This document shows positions 38,701 to 51,425 of a stretch of 64,000 nt of DNA, one piece after another. The position numbers were made by a program, and so were the translations under genes. Origin of the DNA: Mizuhopecten yessoensis (taxonomy: Eukaryota); assembly GCF_002113885.1 (NCBI RefSeq), contig NW_018404662.1:668114-732113 (forward strand), in the 5' to 3' direction. Each line of letters starts with the position of its first letter. Position 1 is the stretch's first letter. Below the pieces are notes generated by a model. The model was not told the DNA's origin and searched no databases. It saw only the letters and a program-made list of their open reading frames with translations.

Positions 38701-41700
38701 TTTGTAAAACGCGAATGGAAGACACAAATTACCTGTGAATTAGATTGGAGACTAATTGATGTCATATCATCAGTGACTTCTGATAACATTTTAAGGACGT
38801 TTTCGCCAATAAGATGTAACGCAGCATATGTGCCGCTGACGTCGGTCACCTGTACAGCTTTGGGAATATGCCGTCGTACCCATGTGAGACATCGAGCCTT
38901 TTGAGGTGAGGGACATAGCAAAATAAAACTGGAAAAAATCGTAAACTGTACTGGTTTATTTCTTTTTCATTAAACATCCGTTTTGAAGTTTAAATAAATA
39001 TGTGACAACAGATGCTATTGACGTCAAAATTACTGTTATAATTTATTTAAACTACATGATGATTATTTTTATTGCTTTATGAAAGTTTATCTTATTCTCA
39101 TTTTCAAAAATTCTTCTAGCTTCATTTTTTCAAAAGAAAACAAATTCATATTACGGTACAAATATTAATTAATAAACTTTTACCTCTTTTTATTAAATTA
39201 TACAATTCCATTGTTTCAATTTCTTAAAGGATAAAATTGTCAAATAGACAATGGTGTATATAACCGATAGTTATAGAAATAACTTCACCTGTTACTTTTT
39301 GTTGTGACAATATCACAAACGAGTTCAAAGCCACCGCGAGGATTGAGCATGCCTGTTCGAGTGACTTCCCCTTCCTTGCCAGATATGTAGCTATATACGA
39401 GAGTCTGTAGAGCATCTAATGCCTCGGAACCTGCAGACTTCAAGTAAGAATCACAATTAACAACTGGTTCAGTAGTAGAATTTTAAATATAATACTATGT
39501 ACATACTATTATGACTAAACAATCAAATATCTCAATTCGCACTTTACAGTGTCCATGTGTATGTCAAATGAATCTCTCTACATTGATAGCTGTCAAACTG
39601 AACAAACAGGTGTACATTTTTAAACAAAATTTAAACAGTATGATACTACAGCATTTTGTTATTTTTTAATCATTAATTCATTTTTCAGATATTGCTTTTA
39701 CGACAAATGTTCTTATATTATTCCACAATAAAGAAAACTCATTTATTTCCTTTTTTCACACGCAAGTGGTAATGAGGACTGAATGTATGGATGGTAAATA
39801 TTAACGACACAGAATAATGTCTGCAAGGCAATCCTAATCATGACATCGATTTTACTTATTAAAATTAAAGGGAAATTATCACATGCATACTGTGTTAACA
39901 TGAATACCTTGATTTCAATTTGTGTAAAGCACGAAACGTCGAACATCCCCACGTGGTTCTTGCATGCCAAGTACTCAGCCCTTACCGGCTCTAGCCAAGA
40001 GGGTTTCCCGAACGTGCCCTTGGCTGTATTGTATGGAGCTAGAATAAATTATGATACAAATCAGCGCAACATGTATAACTGGGTTTCAATATGACAAACA
40101 CACTTTATCTCAAGCTGAGCTGAAATTCGTATAAAATTATAAAATGGCAAAATATAAATAAAGCTCAATCAGCTTGAAAAAAAATGTGTTGTTGGCCTTT
40201 GTATAAACTTTACATTAAATTAAGTCCAATTGCATTATTTAATGGAAATTGAGTTTATATAATGCGGAAACTGTTCCTTATAAAAATTTCAGTTCGTATT
40301 TGCATTATAGTATACTGCAAAACTGGATGGTTTTAACGTTTTGTTTATCAATTTATTCACGTCATGAACATTTTCACAGTGACAACGCTGCTACAATAAA
40401 TATTGAATAGTCTGTACGTCTGTATTTTGGCAAAGCCGTTTTTTATTTCTCATATTCTGTTAAGAAAGCTTTAAAGTTTGAAGCATTCTTAAATTTTAAC
40501 ACAATGAACGGTTACCTTGGTTGTCCGAAAACCACAAAGGCTTTTCATAGGCACTCTCTTCTCCAAAGCATGCCCCATTTGCCATGAGTTTAGAATGAAG
40601 AGGAGAAACCAGAAGTTCCCTGGCGGTCTTGTACTGGTCGTCTGGATATTTCAGTTTGTACCGACCTACATAGCAAATAACATACCGAAATAGTGAACAT
40701 GAAGAATTGTCAATGGGCAGAAAGATGACTTTTAACTGTTTCTCTCAGTAGCATTTATTATGGAAGACGAAAATCTAGAAAATTGGTTGATAATGGCGTT
40801 ATCTTTGAGGCACACTTTGATCAGTGTTCATACAATCAGACATTGCGGACAATTAATTTAAGATTTTTCAGATTCTTTATTCCTTGTGTTTTAAAACTCA
40901 TCGGAGAGAAGACATAACGTACACAGTATTTTTTAAAACAATAAAATGACATACGGTATGATTGTACAGCATCTTGCTTCTCTCTTTGCTATGTCAGTAT
41001 TCTTATTTCATAACTATGTTCCATAAAATGATTCATTACTTCTTTGTCATTGATTATAAAAGGCCGAAGAAAGTACATTATTGTAACAAACAATATCGAC
41101 AGCATACCTATGACTTCTGCACATCTGTTGGCAAGATAGTGTATATCGCCCTGTTGTTGCGCGTGTCTCTTTACGTCAACGGAGGACAGGTTGACGGAGG
41201 TCGGCTCCCCAGAGATGAGCTCAGCCATATGTCGGCCAAGTCCTCCCGACCCCGCTATACCATTTGATCCCATACCCGTAGCCACAAAATAGTTCTTCAC
41301 CTATAAGATCATGTAGTACATATAAGAGATATCTGGTTAATCCCACACCCTATTGTACAAGAAATGAGAATAAAGCATTGAATATATTTTGCTAGATTAC
41401 TCAGCTCTATCAGACTTATCTATATCTGGTAACTTATTTCTGATGTTAATACCAAATAATATGCCATGTCGTCAACACAAGGGCAATATTCACTTAGTCG
41501 ATACGGTTGGACAAAAGGAACTACATAAATTATAACTGGATAGCGAAACAAGGGGAGAGCCATCACGAACTCCTCGCTTAAAAAGCTCAAGGGAAATCTA
41601 GACTCTGTGGAAGGCTGGGCGTTTCCTGTACCACATGTGGCGCCAAAGTGATGTGCCGCCGTCAAGTCCAGGACAATATATAGGTCACTTGTCACTTAGA

Positions 41701-44700
41701 CACTGTGAGCACGTCTTTATTCGTGGAATGAAATATAATATAGAACTTGGAACTTAGTGTACATTTGCAGCTCCCAGGATGGAATCCCTGGTTTAGTAGG
41801 TTGTTGACTATTTTCTATTTCGAAATTTATTTTCTTTGTGAGTGATAAGAAGGATAACTGTACACTGTTTATTTGTTCTGTTTCATTATAAACCCAGTAG
41901 TGTACTTGATTCAGAGGAGCATTTATTTCATAAATTGCCATTTCCACTAGGGAGAGATGTGTTACTATTTAATTAGATAGTTAAAATGTTCCCGAATATT
42001 TCCGCATTTACCTCTTTATTTGCTATGATTATCTGGCATCAAAATTTATTGTTATAATTTATGGTAACGAAACATTACATTGTATTGAATAATATTTCTA
42101 CATAACATTGATAGGCATATTAGAGATAAAGCACCTCGGCAGATTCTCCCACATTCCACATATTGTCTGGAGTAAAGGACTCCGGCCCGTTCACGAACTG
42201 TCTGATCTGTGTCGTCTCCAGTATCGGGAATCTGTTCAGTATCCCATCCATCAGAACCTCTGGAAGTACGGAACCGGAACAGTGTAACATCCAACGTCAA
42301 ACCATCATAAATAACAGAAAATGGAAATACAATTCGACAATAAAAGACAACGTGATTTTTGTTATGATACACTGATTGATAAACATACGGAAGTGGTCCC
42401 AATCTTCGGACAGTAGTTGGAATTCAAACTTGTCTGGCACCGCCTCCCCGAACACGGGCTTTCCTTTAGGTTCGAACCCTCCGGTCATTATTCCGCCGCT
42501 CCACTCACGTGCGTATATCAAGCCATCGTAGTCTCTCACAACTGTCATGATGTCACAATCAATATAAAAGGAACTATTAGCAGGGGTATGTTGTGTACAT
42601 TTTGTAATTTATCTATACGTAACTATTTTTTTTAAACTGAAATTACAAACTGGAGTTATCGATGAAAATCCTTGCTCCTTTCCATTGACGAATTGGATTC
42701 TTTGATGTAACCTGACGACCAATAGAACGATATTATAGCTATCAAATACTGATTTTACTATAGTGACAACAGACAGCATACTCGTTTGAATTAGAGACTT
42801 CAAGATGTTGATAAATTCGTCATTTTTTGGTTCAAAGTCGCGATAAATCACGTATAATAACTTACCTGGCATCATCCGGTCGAGGCCTTCGATGGGCTGA
42901 CTCACAATGTAGAAATGTTCAAGAGGATGCTGGGGTATGTTTACTGGTGGGTCAGATAGTCGTCCGAGATTTCTACCCCACTGTAACAGTAATCAAATTA
43001 TATATTAGAAGGGGACTATGATTTGTTTTGGTTTGTAATTCTCAAAACTGTCTGATGAAATCGAATGTGATTGGTTTAGTTTAATTGTTTATAAATTGGT
43101 TGAAAGTGTAACTACGTCCAACAGTACATCACAGAATTGTACATCCTCGATATCCAGGGGTTACGCTCACTTTCGCTCTTTGCACCCCTGGAATATGTCA
43201 TAGCAAATTTGAAGGCTCAGTGTGTGCAACCTTGTTGATGAGACAAGGAGACTAGTTCCATCCTTTGATTTAAATCAAAAGAATCTTGCGGTCACGTAAC
43301 GGTAAAAATGACAGGCTTTGAAGTCGGGCGTCTCTCCTTTGTAATCTTCAAAGGCAAGGTATCAGCCTAGCGATTGTCCGATTTTTTTACCTGAGACCAA
43401 TCAAACAGCTATCTTTGCGCATTCAATTTTGCCATGACATATTCCAGGGGTGCAGGTGAGAGTAACCCATGGATATCGAGGATGGAAATTGTATGTCCAG
43501 CTTACTTGTCCAGAGCAGTTTACGAAGTATTCACAGCTGATGTGACCGTGTGAAGTCTGGACTCCGGATACCTGGCCATCAGATGTGTTAATTCTGTTCA
43601 CTTTGACGCCCTCGATGATCTGTACACCTGAAATAAACATTGTACTGCTATTGATGGTACGTTTTACTGTGTTATATCGGTCATGAGGAAGCCTTAATTT
43701 AAAGCTGAGTTTATGTTATAGGTGTGTCGTACGAACTACTGTTTCTACTGTATTAACGTGAATTCTGGATTCGATCTGTAATGTAAATACTGTACAAAAA
43801 GCCAGGGCACGTATACCAGGATATATGAATGCCATTTGATTGGCCTACCAGATATATTAAAACATCTGCCTGACGACACTGCTAATTCTATACTTTAGAG
43901 AGAAAATCAACGTTTCTTGATATTCTTCTCCTCGGAAAGTGTTCTATGAGAGAAAAGGATAATTCTTGATGTTTTAATAGACTTGTTAATAGAGTCCATG
44001 AAAGGGCATTATGCCACTACCTTTTGCCTTTGCTGCCTTGGCGTACGTGATAGCTAGGTCTGGCGCGGTCAGAGCTCCATCTCCGGGGATCCACAATCCG
44101 CCCTACAGTTACACAATACAACAAATACATTTTGTAAAATAGGTAACTGATGTCACTGTTATCATACACATTACATAACATTATCTTGTTTGCATTACAT
44201 GATGTCTGTATAAAGTGCAATCTTCAAAGCCTGTATTTATTGTCTGGAAAGGAACTTGGCTCACCCTATATTAAATAAACAGATCTTTATGGAAATTTAT
44301 TTGTACAGAGTTTGAGTCATCATGGAATTGCACACTTGAATACATAATTATACAATACAATTTAAGATATCCCGATATCTATCCGCCCATCTGTCCCTTT
44401 GCGAATTTTGTTGAAAGCCCCTCGAAGGTTTCATGTTCACAACATGATTCGTAGTTACCATTACTTTAGTTTATTTAAAAAAAGTCACGCAATACAAAAT
44501 AATTTATAAAGTATCATAATGTGTGCTAGAGACATATACTATAGTACCAGGCAGGGTAGCGTTATAGCGTATGTGAAAAAATCCATATCGTAAACAATGG
44601 GATTATGGAACTATACCGAAAATGTACAATATCGCGAATGATATTGTCTCGAACTGGTGTACCAGATAAATATGGCTACATTCTTTGCATGACGTAAACG

Positions 44701-47700
44701 TTATGATGAAAATTCACAACATCGCGTACAGTATGGTAAACAACATTACCTCGGACTGGTGTACTAGATAAACATGACTACTTTCCCTATATAGACGCAT
44801 GGCGTAAACGTTTAATTATGTGAGAGCATATAGAAAAGTAAACATGAGGAGTAAACATGTTTTTGATAATGAAAACGATAATCTTTACTTTACCCACTGT
44901 ACATTGTTAACAAGAATAAGAAGCTCTGAACAGGTTTGATAACGTAGAGACCAAATGTTGTTTTTATGTTGGAGGGAAACCTACGGGGGAAAACCACTAT
45001 GCTGTTGGATTGATAACAACTAACCCCATCAGCCCTCATTCCCTTTTTTCAAAGCTGGGGTTCACACCGAATTTGTTTGGGCTGTGAGTCGCCTGCTGCT
45101 CACGCTTGATTTCACACAGTGGCGCAATATCGACGACGGCTACTAAGGCACTCAGCGCCAGGCACTGAAATGCCCTAGTCACGATCTTTACTGTATAGAT
45201 TGAAGCATACCTGGTAGGACACCCAGACTACGTAGTATATCGGTAAGCAGGAAATATATACTGTATTTTGAAAATTCTGATGGATATAACAGGCCCTGCA
45301 TTAGCAAATAAATCATGACACGTAATGCTATTTAGGAAGGATCATTTAGCAATATTGGGCATTTTGACTGCAAATGGCAAACATATAGCTTTATATAAAA
45401 TCCGATTACACTATACATTTATTGACCTCTGATGAGGTGGTAATTTAAAATAATATGTGGGTTTATGACGCAAAGAAAATGCATCGACACAAAACGAAAA
45501 ATGTTAGCATTTACCTCAATATCATCTGTTCTGATCCATTTACATAGATTATGTATGTCGGCTTTAGTCACCAGCGTTGCTTCTACGCCAGCAGCTCTAA
45601 AACACAAAGTAAAGATAATTGATTCAAAACATGTTGCCCGAAGAGAGCCCAAGCAAGGAGGCCCCACTGATATATAACATCTATTGTAAAACAAGCTAAT
45701 TTGTTGTATTCATAGTATAGAAAACAAACAGTTTTCATGAATTTTGAGATTTAGAGATGCGCAAATGTACAATTGAGCGAATAAGTAGTGAGAGAACTTT
45801 GCATTGAATTTTGATAGAGATAATAAAAACATATTTTCATTTAAATCGTGTTTAATGCAATATAAGTAATATATTATAACCTAATTGAGCTCGTGAATAC
45901 ACCAGATATATGTTGAATATGACATGTAATACTTGGCTATGGATTGGCTACGTCGTAGAAGTGTCATTCTGTCTGGGGTCTGAGCAACAGTGATACTTCC
46001 ACATTCCTTTAATCCTAGTAATAAAAGAGTGTTTTATACTTATCTTATGACTGTGTATCAATGTTTCAACTGTTTTGACGGAACATTTCTTCTCCATTTA
46101 ATTTTGAGGCACTGAGGTAGTATTTGTTCTATTTTATTTTCTAAAGGAATGTTAATAAATCTAAGATACGACAATAACTATCATGAAAAAATCTGAATTC
46201 TTTAAAATTCTTCCTATGTAATTACAATATTAGATAAATACTTCATTGAAATAACATCATTGTTGAATTTATTTTTGTTCTTGTTAAGGAAAGACTTGTC
46301 ATTTGTTTTTGCATACTGCTTTTTGTCGGTATCGTAGTTGAAATGGTTTAGTCTAGTTTAAAAATTTACAAAGTATGATGTGCTATATATTTAAAGTATT
46401 TAAATTTTTGCTCAGCATTCCTCAGGAGAAAAACTAGATATATACACCCCACACATTTTAACGACTTCCTCTTTTTTATTGAGGATGGCGGACGTATTAC
46501 ATACCAACGCCATATTCCTTTTCCAGCTTTTTGTAAAGTTGTTTGCTGTACCCCATCAGCTTGGTAGTCGACAGGGTGTCTCGGACCTGACCTATCAATC
46601 CCACGGCGTGCCACGTCGTCCCGCATGTTAACCTAGAGTCAGAGTAGACATTTACATTCATTTAAATATTTCTATGATAAACGTGCATTTTGCAATGCAA
46701 TAAATATAATTTAAACATATATTAAAAAATGAAAAGATGCATAAACATATAAATAAGCTGTTATACACTTCAATAATAAACATATATGATTGCGATATGT
46801 TAAATGCATACAGAAATAATATTGGTTTTAGTTTGGTTGTATTTTATTTGACGTCCTGTTAACAGTTAAGGTTATTAAAGGACGTGTCTTCCTGTGTGTA
46901 ATGTCATGTTAACAGTTAAGGTCATCAAAGGACGTGTCTCCATGTGTGTAATGTCCTGTTAACAGTTAAGGTCATTAAAGGACGTGTCTCCCTGTGTGTA
47001 ATGTCCTGTTAACAGTTAAGGTCATTAAAGAGGTGTCTCCCTGTGTGTAATGTCCTGTTAACAGTTAAGGTCATTAAAGGAAGTGTCTCCCTGTGTGTAA
47101 TGTCCTGTTAACAGGTAAGGTCATTAAAGGACGTGTCTCCATGGGTGTAATGTCCTGTTAACAGTTAAGGTCATTAAAGGACGTGTCTCCATGTGTGTAA
47201 TGTCCTGTTAACAGTTAAGGTCATTAAAGGGCGTGTCTCCCTTTGTGTAATGTCCTGTTAACAGTGAACGTCATTAAAGGACGTGTCTCCCTGTGTGTAA
47301 TGTCATGTTAACAGTTAAGGTCATCAAAGGACGTGTCTCCCTGTGTGTAATGTCCTGTTAACAGTTAAGGTAATTAAAGGACGTGTCTCCCTGTGTGTAA
47401 TGTCCTGTTAACAGTGAACGTCATTAAAGTACGTGTCTCCCTGTGTGTAATGTCCTGTTAACAGTTAAGGTAATTAAAGTTCGTGTCTTCCTGTGTGTAA
47501 TGTCCTGTTAACAGTTAAGGTCATTAAAGGGCGTGTCTCCCTTTGTGTAATGTCCTGTTAACAGTTAAGGTAATTAAAGGACGTGTCTCCCTGTGTGTAA
47601 TGTCATGTTAACAGTTAAGGTCATCAAAGGACGTGTCTCCCTGTGTGTAATGTCCTGTTAACAGTTAAGGTAATTAAAGGACGTGTCTCCCTGTGTGTAA

Positions 47701-49235
47701 TGTCCTGTTAACAGTGAACGTCATTAAAGTACGTGTCTCCCTGTGTGTAATGTCCTGTTAACAGTTAAGGTAATTAAAGTTCGTGTCTTCCTGTGTGTAA
47801 TGTCCTGTTAACAGTGAACGTCATTAAAGTACGTGTCTCCCTGTGTGTAATGTCTTGTTAACAGTTAAGGTCATTGAAGGACGTGTCTCCCTTTGTGTAA
47901 TGTATGCGTGCATGTGTGTATTTGGTGCAGCTGATTTTGTTTTGGTTACATTTGTGTCCCAAAGTAGAAAGGATATTCTCAATTCTGTAGGGGTCCCAAC
48001 ATCAGTTACAATTCATATTATGCAGCAAGTGTGCTCTTTTCTCGATCCCTGACCTGCACGTGTGATAGTAACACTGTCATATATAACGTAAACTAAAACA
48101 TTGCTTTACTTTACACTTTAACCTCTTATGGATTTACAGTACCTCAAGACATTATACCATCCTCCCAAGAGAGTTCTACACTCAGAAACATTTTAAAAAA
48201 AGGTTGATTTGAACGCCTTTTCTTAAAAATTCAGGGGAGATAACTTAACAAATAATTTGATGTTAACGATAGAGAATGTCCTTCAACTGAATGCGATAAC
48301 GCATGGACAGATATACGGAACTAAGATAAAACTCGGGTGAAAATCTGCTGAATGAAGGTCGACGTCATGTTTATTTAGGATTTTGTGTTATCATGTAGAT
48401 ATGGACAAGCCCAGGTCAGTACCAGAGATACACTAATCTATTAATATACCGTATTTATATATGTCATGGCAGGTCTATCAAGCTGCTATTTTCCATTTGG
48501 ACCCGATACACTGATACATAAGTTTGTGTCATATCGTAGTTTTATTTCGATTTTATACTAACAAGTAGCCTCGTGACTTTTTGAACGATATTCAGTAACA
48601 AATGTAAAGATATACATAAACATAACAGCAGCCTTTGTGTCTACAAACACTTTCAGTAAACTATTCACACATTTATAAGTAATACAAGCATTACTCAGTT
48701 TGATGTTTATCTCGTAACATCCTCAGCCAGTCTGATAACGACATTAGACAGTTTTCCCTGTCTAATTGGTTTTTCAAATATTTTGTTCCGACACTCCATG
48801 CTCAGGTGATCATACGTATTTGTTCTACTCCTCTTAAAATCAGCACTTTTGGTCAGATGATACAAACCTGCCCTGCTCTAATACAACCAGTTCAGTTCCT
48901 CTTGGCTGCTTGATGCATACATGACTGGTTCCTGTCCTTTTCCAGGCTCTCTAATCCTGAAAACTACTGTCTTGTTCAAGGTCTCTACCAAAATAAACAT
49001 ACCTGCCCTGTTCTAGCAACGTGACATCGGTCCAGCCCCTCTCTGCAAGGTGATAAGCTACGGAGGCACCGACGATTCCTCCACCACCGATGACGACCCG
49101 GGCATTAGCTGGTACATCAGGAGACCCATCACTGACAGCATTGTATATACTTCCTTTACAGAAATGTCTTGGGTGTAAGCTTCTTTTCAATACTCTATGT
49201 TGGATTAATTGTCGGCCTGTTATAAGCCTATACAT
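32794..49235 (-). CDS. PDPR: PDPR-like mitochondrial FAD-dependent oxidoreductase / GcvT-family protein (copy A), 17 exons, 834 aa
   Basis: Exons 49235-49003, 46632-46505, 46014-45933, 45596-45515, 44102-44021, 43627-43506, 42980-42866, 42541-42389, 42259-42135, 41300-41108, 40665-40516, 40038-39908, 39437-39289, 38928-38733, 34551-34462, 33736-33557, 33087-32794. All GT-AG and in frame (2505 nt). Arg-rich presequence; motifs VVIGGGGIVGASVAYHLAERGW.DV.LLEQGR, EHFY, EDWDHF, NGPESFTPD, GTFGKP, KYGIRNAG and WGGEPIY. AATAAA at 32780-32775. Confidence 0.92.
33897..34081. repeat. 68-bp tandem repeat, ~2.7 copies
   Basis: tttatgac.caactctaatac restarts at 33901, 33969 and 34037. Confidence 0.9.
34826..38500 (-). 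mobile_element. Near full-length CR1-group LINE (APE + RT), disrupted, in intron 14 of PDPR copy A
   Basis: Endonuclease motifs HLNVRSL, CLTESHF, NEPTR and SDH. RT motifs NYRPIS, FCDINKAFDRVWH, GVPQGSVLGP and LFADD. C-terminal CTC..ET.SHFFLECP and 3' end AATAAAATCTGTTGAAATGAAAT. Multiple frameshifts; ends approximate. Confidence 0.9.
43142..43484. mobile_element. ~340-bp MITE with ~60-bp TIRs
   Basis: catcctcgatatcca.gggttac...tgcacccctggaatatgtcat is inverted at 43425-43484. A solo matching end lies at 27548-27600. Confidence 0.8.
46852..47903. repeat. 50-bp tandem array (~21 units) in intron 1 of PDPR copy A
   Basis: Unit tgtcctgttaacagttaaggtcattaaaggacgtgtctccctgtgtgtaa. Confidence 0.97.
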
Positions 49236-49829
49236 GGTCAGTATTATGACGGGTCGAGTGAATGTTTTTTTCTGCTCCCTGGTTTCGTTTTGGACCTTTA
49301 AAGTAGAACTAAGCGAGAAACAAGTTCAATGAAATACTGTTTACATTATACACGGCCTCGAATAAACATTACATTTGAACAGTTGGTGTTACGACAGATA
49401 AGACAAACACGACACACGGCCTAAACGTTTAAGTCATACCTTGAGGGACACCAGTGACAGCTAAATTTTCTCTGAGCAATTTTAGATATCACCTATGTAG
49501 TATACCAGTATTGGACGTGTCTTTTTCTATGTACAGTCTTTATAAATACGCAGTGAACCTGCCACTGTCCGCTGTGGTAAAGCTATTACAGGTAGCTTTA
49601 TGTGTTGGAATTGTTATTCAGTACACAAGTACATGAGCGAAAAAAAATGATATACAATGGAAAACAAACCGTGTTGTGTTCATGGTTGTTGCTGATCCTA
49701 ACATTTTGTTGATAGCGTACTGTATACCACGCAGAGGCTTAATAACCATATACAATAGGATATCAGGTGATGTAAAAGTTTTGAACTTCATGCATAATTT
49801 CGACATGTGTCTTACAATTAATTGTAAAC

Positions 49830-50520
49830 AAAGCTAGGAACTTCAATTTCATATTCAGATATATGTATGTGCTGCCTAGAAATAACAAGAAATGTATTGA
49901 TAACGTCGATCGTTTATACAACCCTGAGCTCGAAATCGAGAACACTGTTCTTTTTTAGCGGAATTCCTCGAACCTTACTTACAACATGCTAACAAGGACG
50001 AACAAGGATAACTATTAAACTGTACCATTATCATTTCGAATTTTATATTGTGAACTTTCCTTTTCTTGATAGCAGCATCCTCCGAATATGACATATGTCG
50101 CCATAGAATCGGTATTCGAGTGTTTTCTCTTAATGTTATAATTTTCGTGATAGAAGTGGATTGGTTAACTGACCAACACAGCCATTCTAAATATGCAGGT
50201 TGATAACGTATATGGACAATTTTTAATGCCGCCCTCGTGATCTTGTTGGGAAATAGGATATTTCTTTGTGATAAATGAAGGTCGATGTTTTGCATAACGC
50301 TATTGAATCTGGCTTGATGTTTTGTTGTCACTCCCCAGGTTCTCCCTCTGAGGACGTGACATTACTTTGATTTGACCTACATTTACTTGTCAGATATCGT
50401 CGATGAGCTGATGACACTTACCCTTACGGAAACCCTGGTGTAATTTACCTTTTACTTTTTTAATGATATCCATGTAAATATTTTCTTTGTTTATATTTTT
50501 CGTTATTTTTTTAATTTTTA
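49830..50520 (+). mobile_element. Degenerate Penelope-like (probably Naiad-clade) RT fragment
   Basis: Remnants FRY..VL, VDRLYNPELEIENT and FYIVNFPFLDSSI, followed by the same 3' motif as at 820-910. Confidence 0.6.
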
Positions 50521-51038
50521 GTTCGAATAACGGATTTTTTGACACTTCGTTTATCCATTGTTGTTTTATAACAGAAGTATTATTATTGAATCAATGTACA
50601 ATCAGCACTGTATTAGGCCTGAGTCTGGATTTATAAGGATATATAAATACAAGATATTTTGTTGAGGTAGTACAGTATTGTTTAAACATTTACGCAAGTG
50701 TTCATACTGTGTAATTCATATACAAGTAGCCCCCATCGTTACTAGTATCTGTAATTCATGTTATTAAGGAAAATCATCGGGATATCCATACTTATTCTAA
50801 ACAAATTAACACGATTGTCATCAGCTAGTTTTTCCTGTTCATTTTCACGACATGCATCATCTCTCAGTGATGGGGAAGTGATCAAGCACGTCCTATCCAG
50901 TGCTCGGAAAAAGTACACAACAATATGGGAAGGAATATCTTCAGTAACGATATCGGAAAAAGTACACAACAATATGGGAAGGAATATCTTCACTAATTTT
51001 CTTGAAGTACAATATCAAACTTTGAATTATTCTACAAA

Positions 51039-51425
51039 TGTCACCCTGGTAAAATACTAGCTGTTTCCTACCGACTCGGCTAGGGAGAATTTCTCTTAAG
51101 CTCATTCGGTAGAGCGTAGGACTAGTAATTATAAAGGCCAATGGTCCCGGTTCGACTCCTAGCGGAGGCATTGAAAAAATAATTACCTCCGTTATATTGG
51201 CGCCCACGTAGGGACCCGGGATATAAAAAAAAATAATGTCCCCTAGAAAACCAGGTACGAGTTCTTTCCTGGTATGTTATCCTGGTAAAATACTAGCTAT
51301 TTCTTACCGACGCGGCTGTAAGGAATTTCTCTTTAGTTTATTTGGTAGAGTGTAAGGTTAGTAAGCCAGCGGTCCCGGGTTCGACTCCTAGCTGAGACAT
51401 TGAAAAAATAAATACCTCTGTTACA
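51039..51425 (+). mobile_element. Miniature LTR retrotransposon (TRIM) with tRNA-derived LTRs (Helenus-like)
   Basis: LTR1 51039-51196 and LTR2 51275-51425 (TG..TA/CA), each with A- and B-box tRNA-like sequence. PBS TGGCGCCCACGTAGGGAC at 51198-51215 (tRNA-Lys-like). Flanks caaa/cata. Confidence 0.85.

Noticed and set aside
46852-47903. Regular array resembling CRISPR
   Set aside because: Head-to-tail units without unique spacers, eukaryotic intron context and no cas genes.
51095-51170. tRNA gene (also at ~51330-51400 and ~11175-11250)
   Set aside because: Irregular anticodon arm and poor acceptor stem, embedded in LTR-like repeats. Treated as a mobile element.
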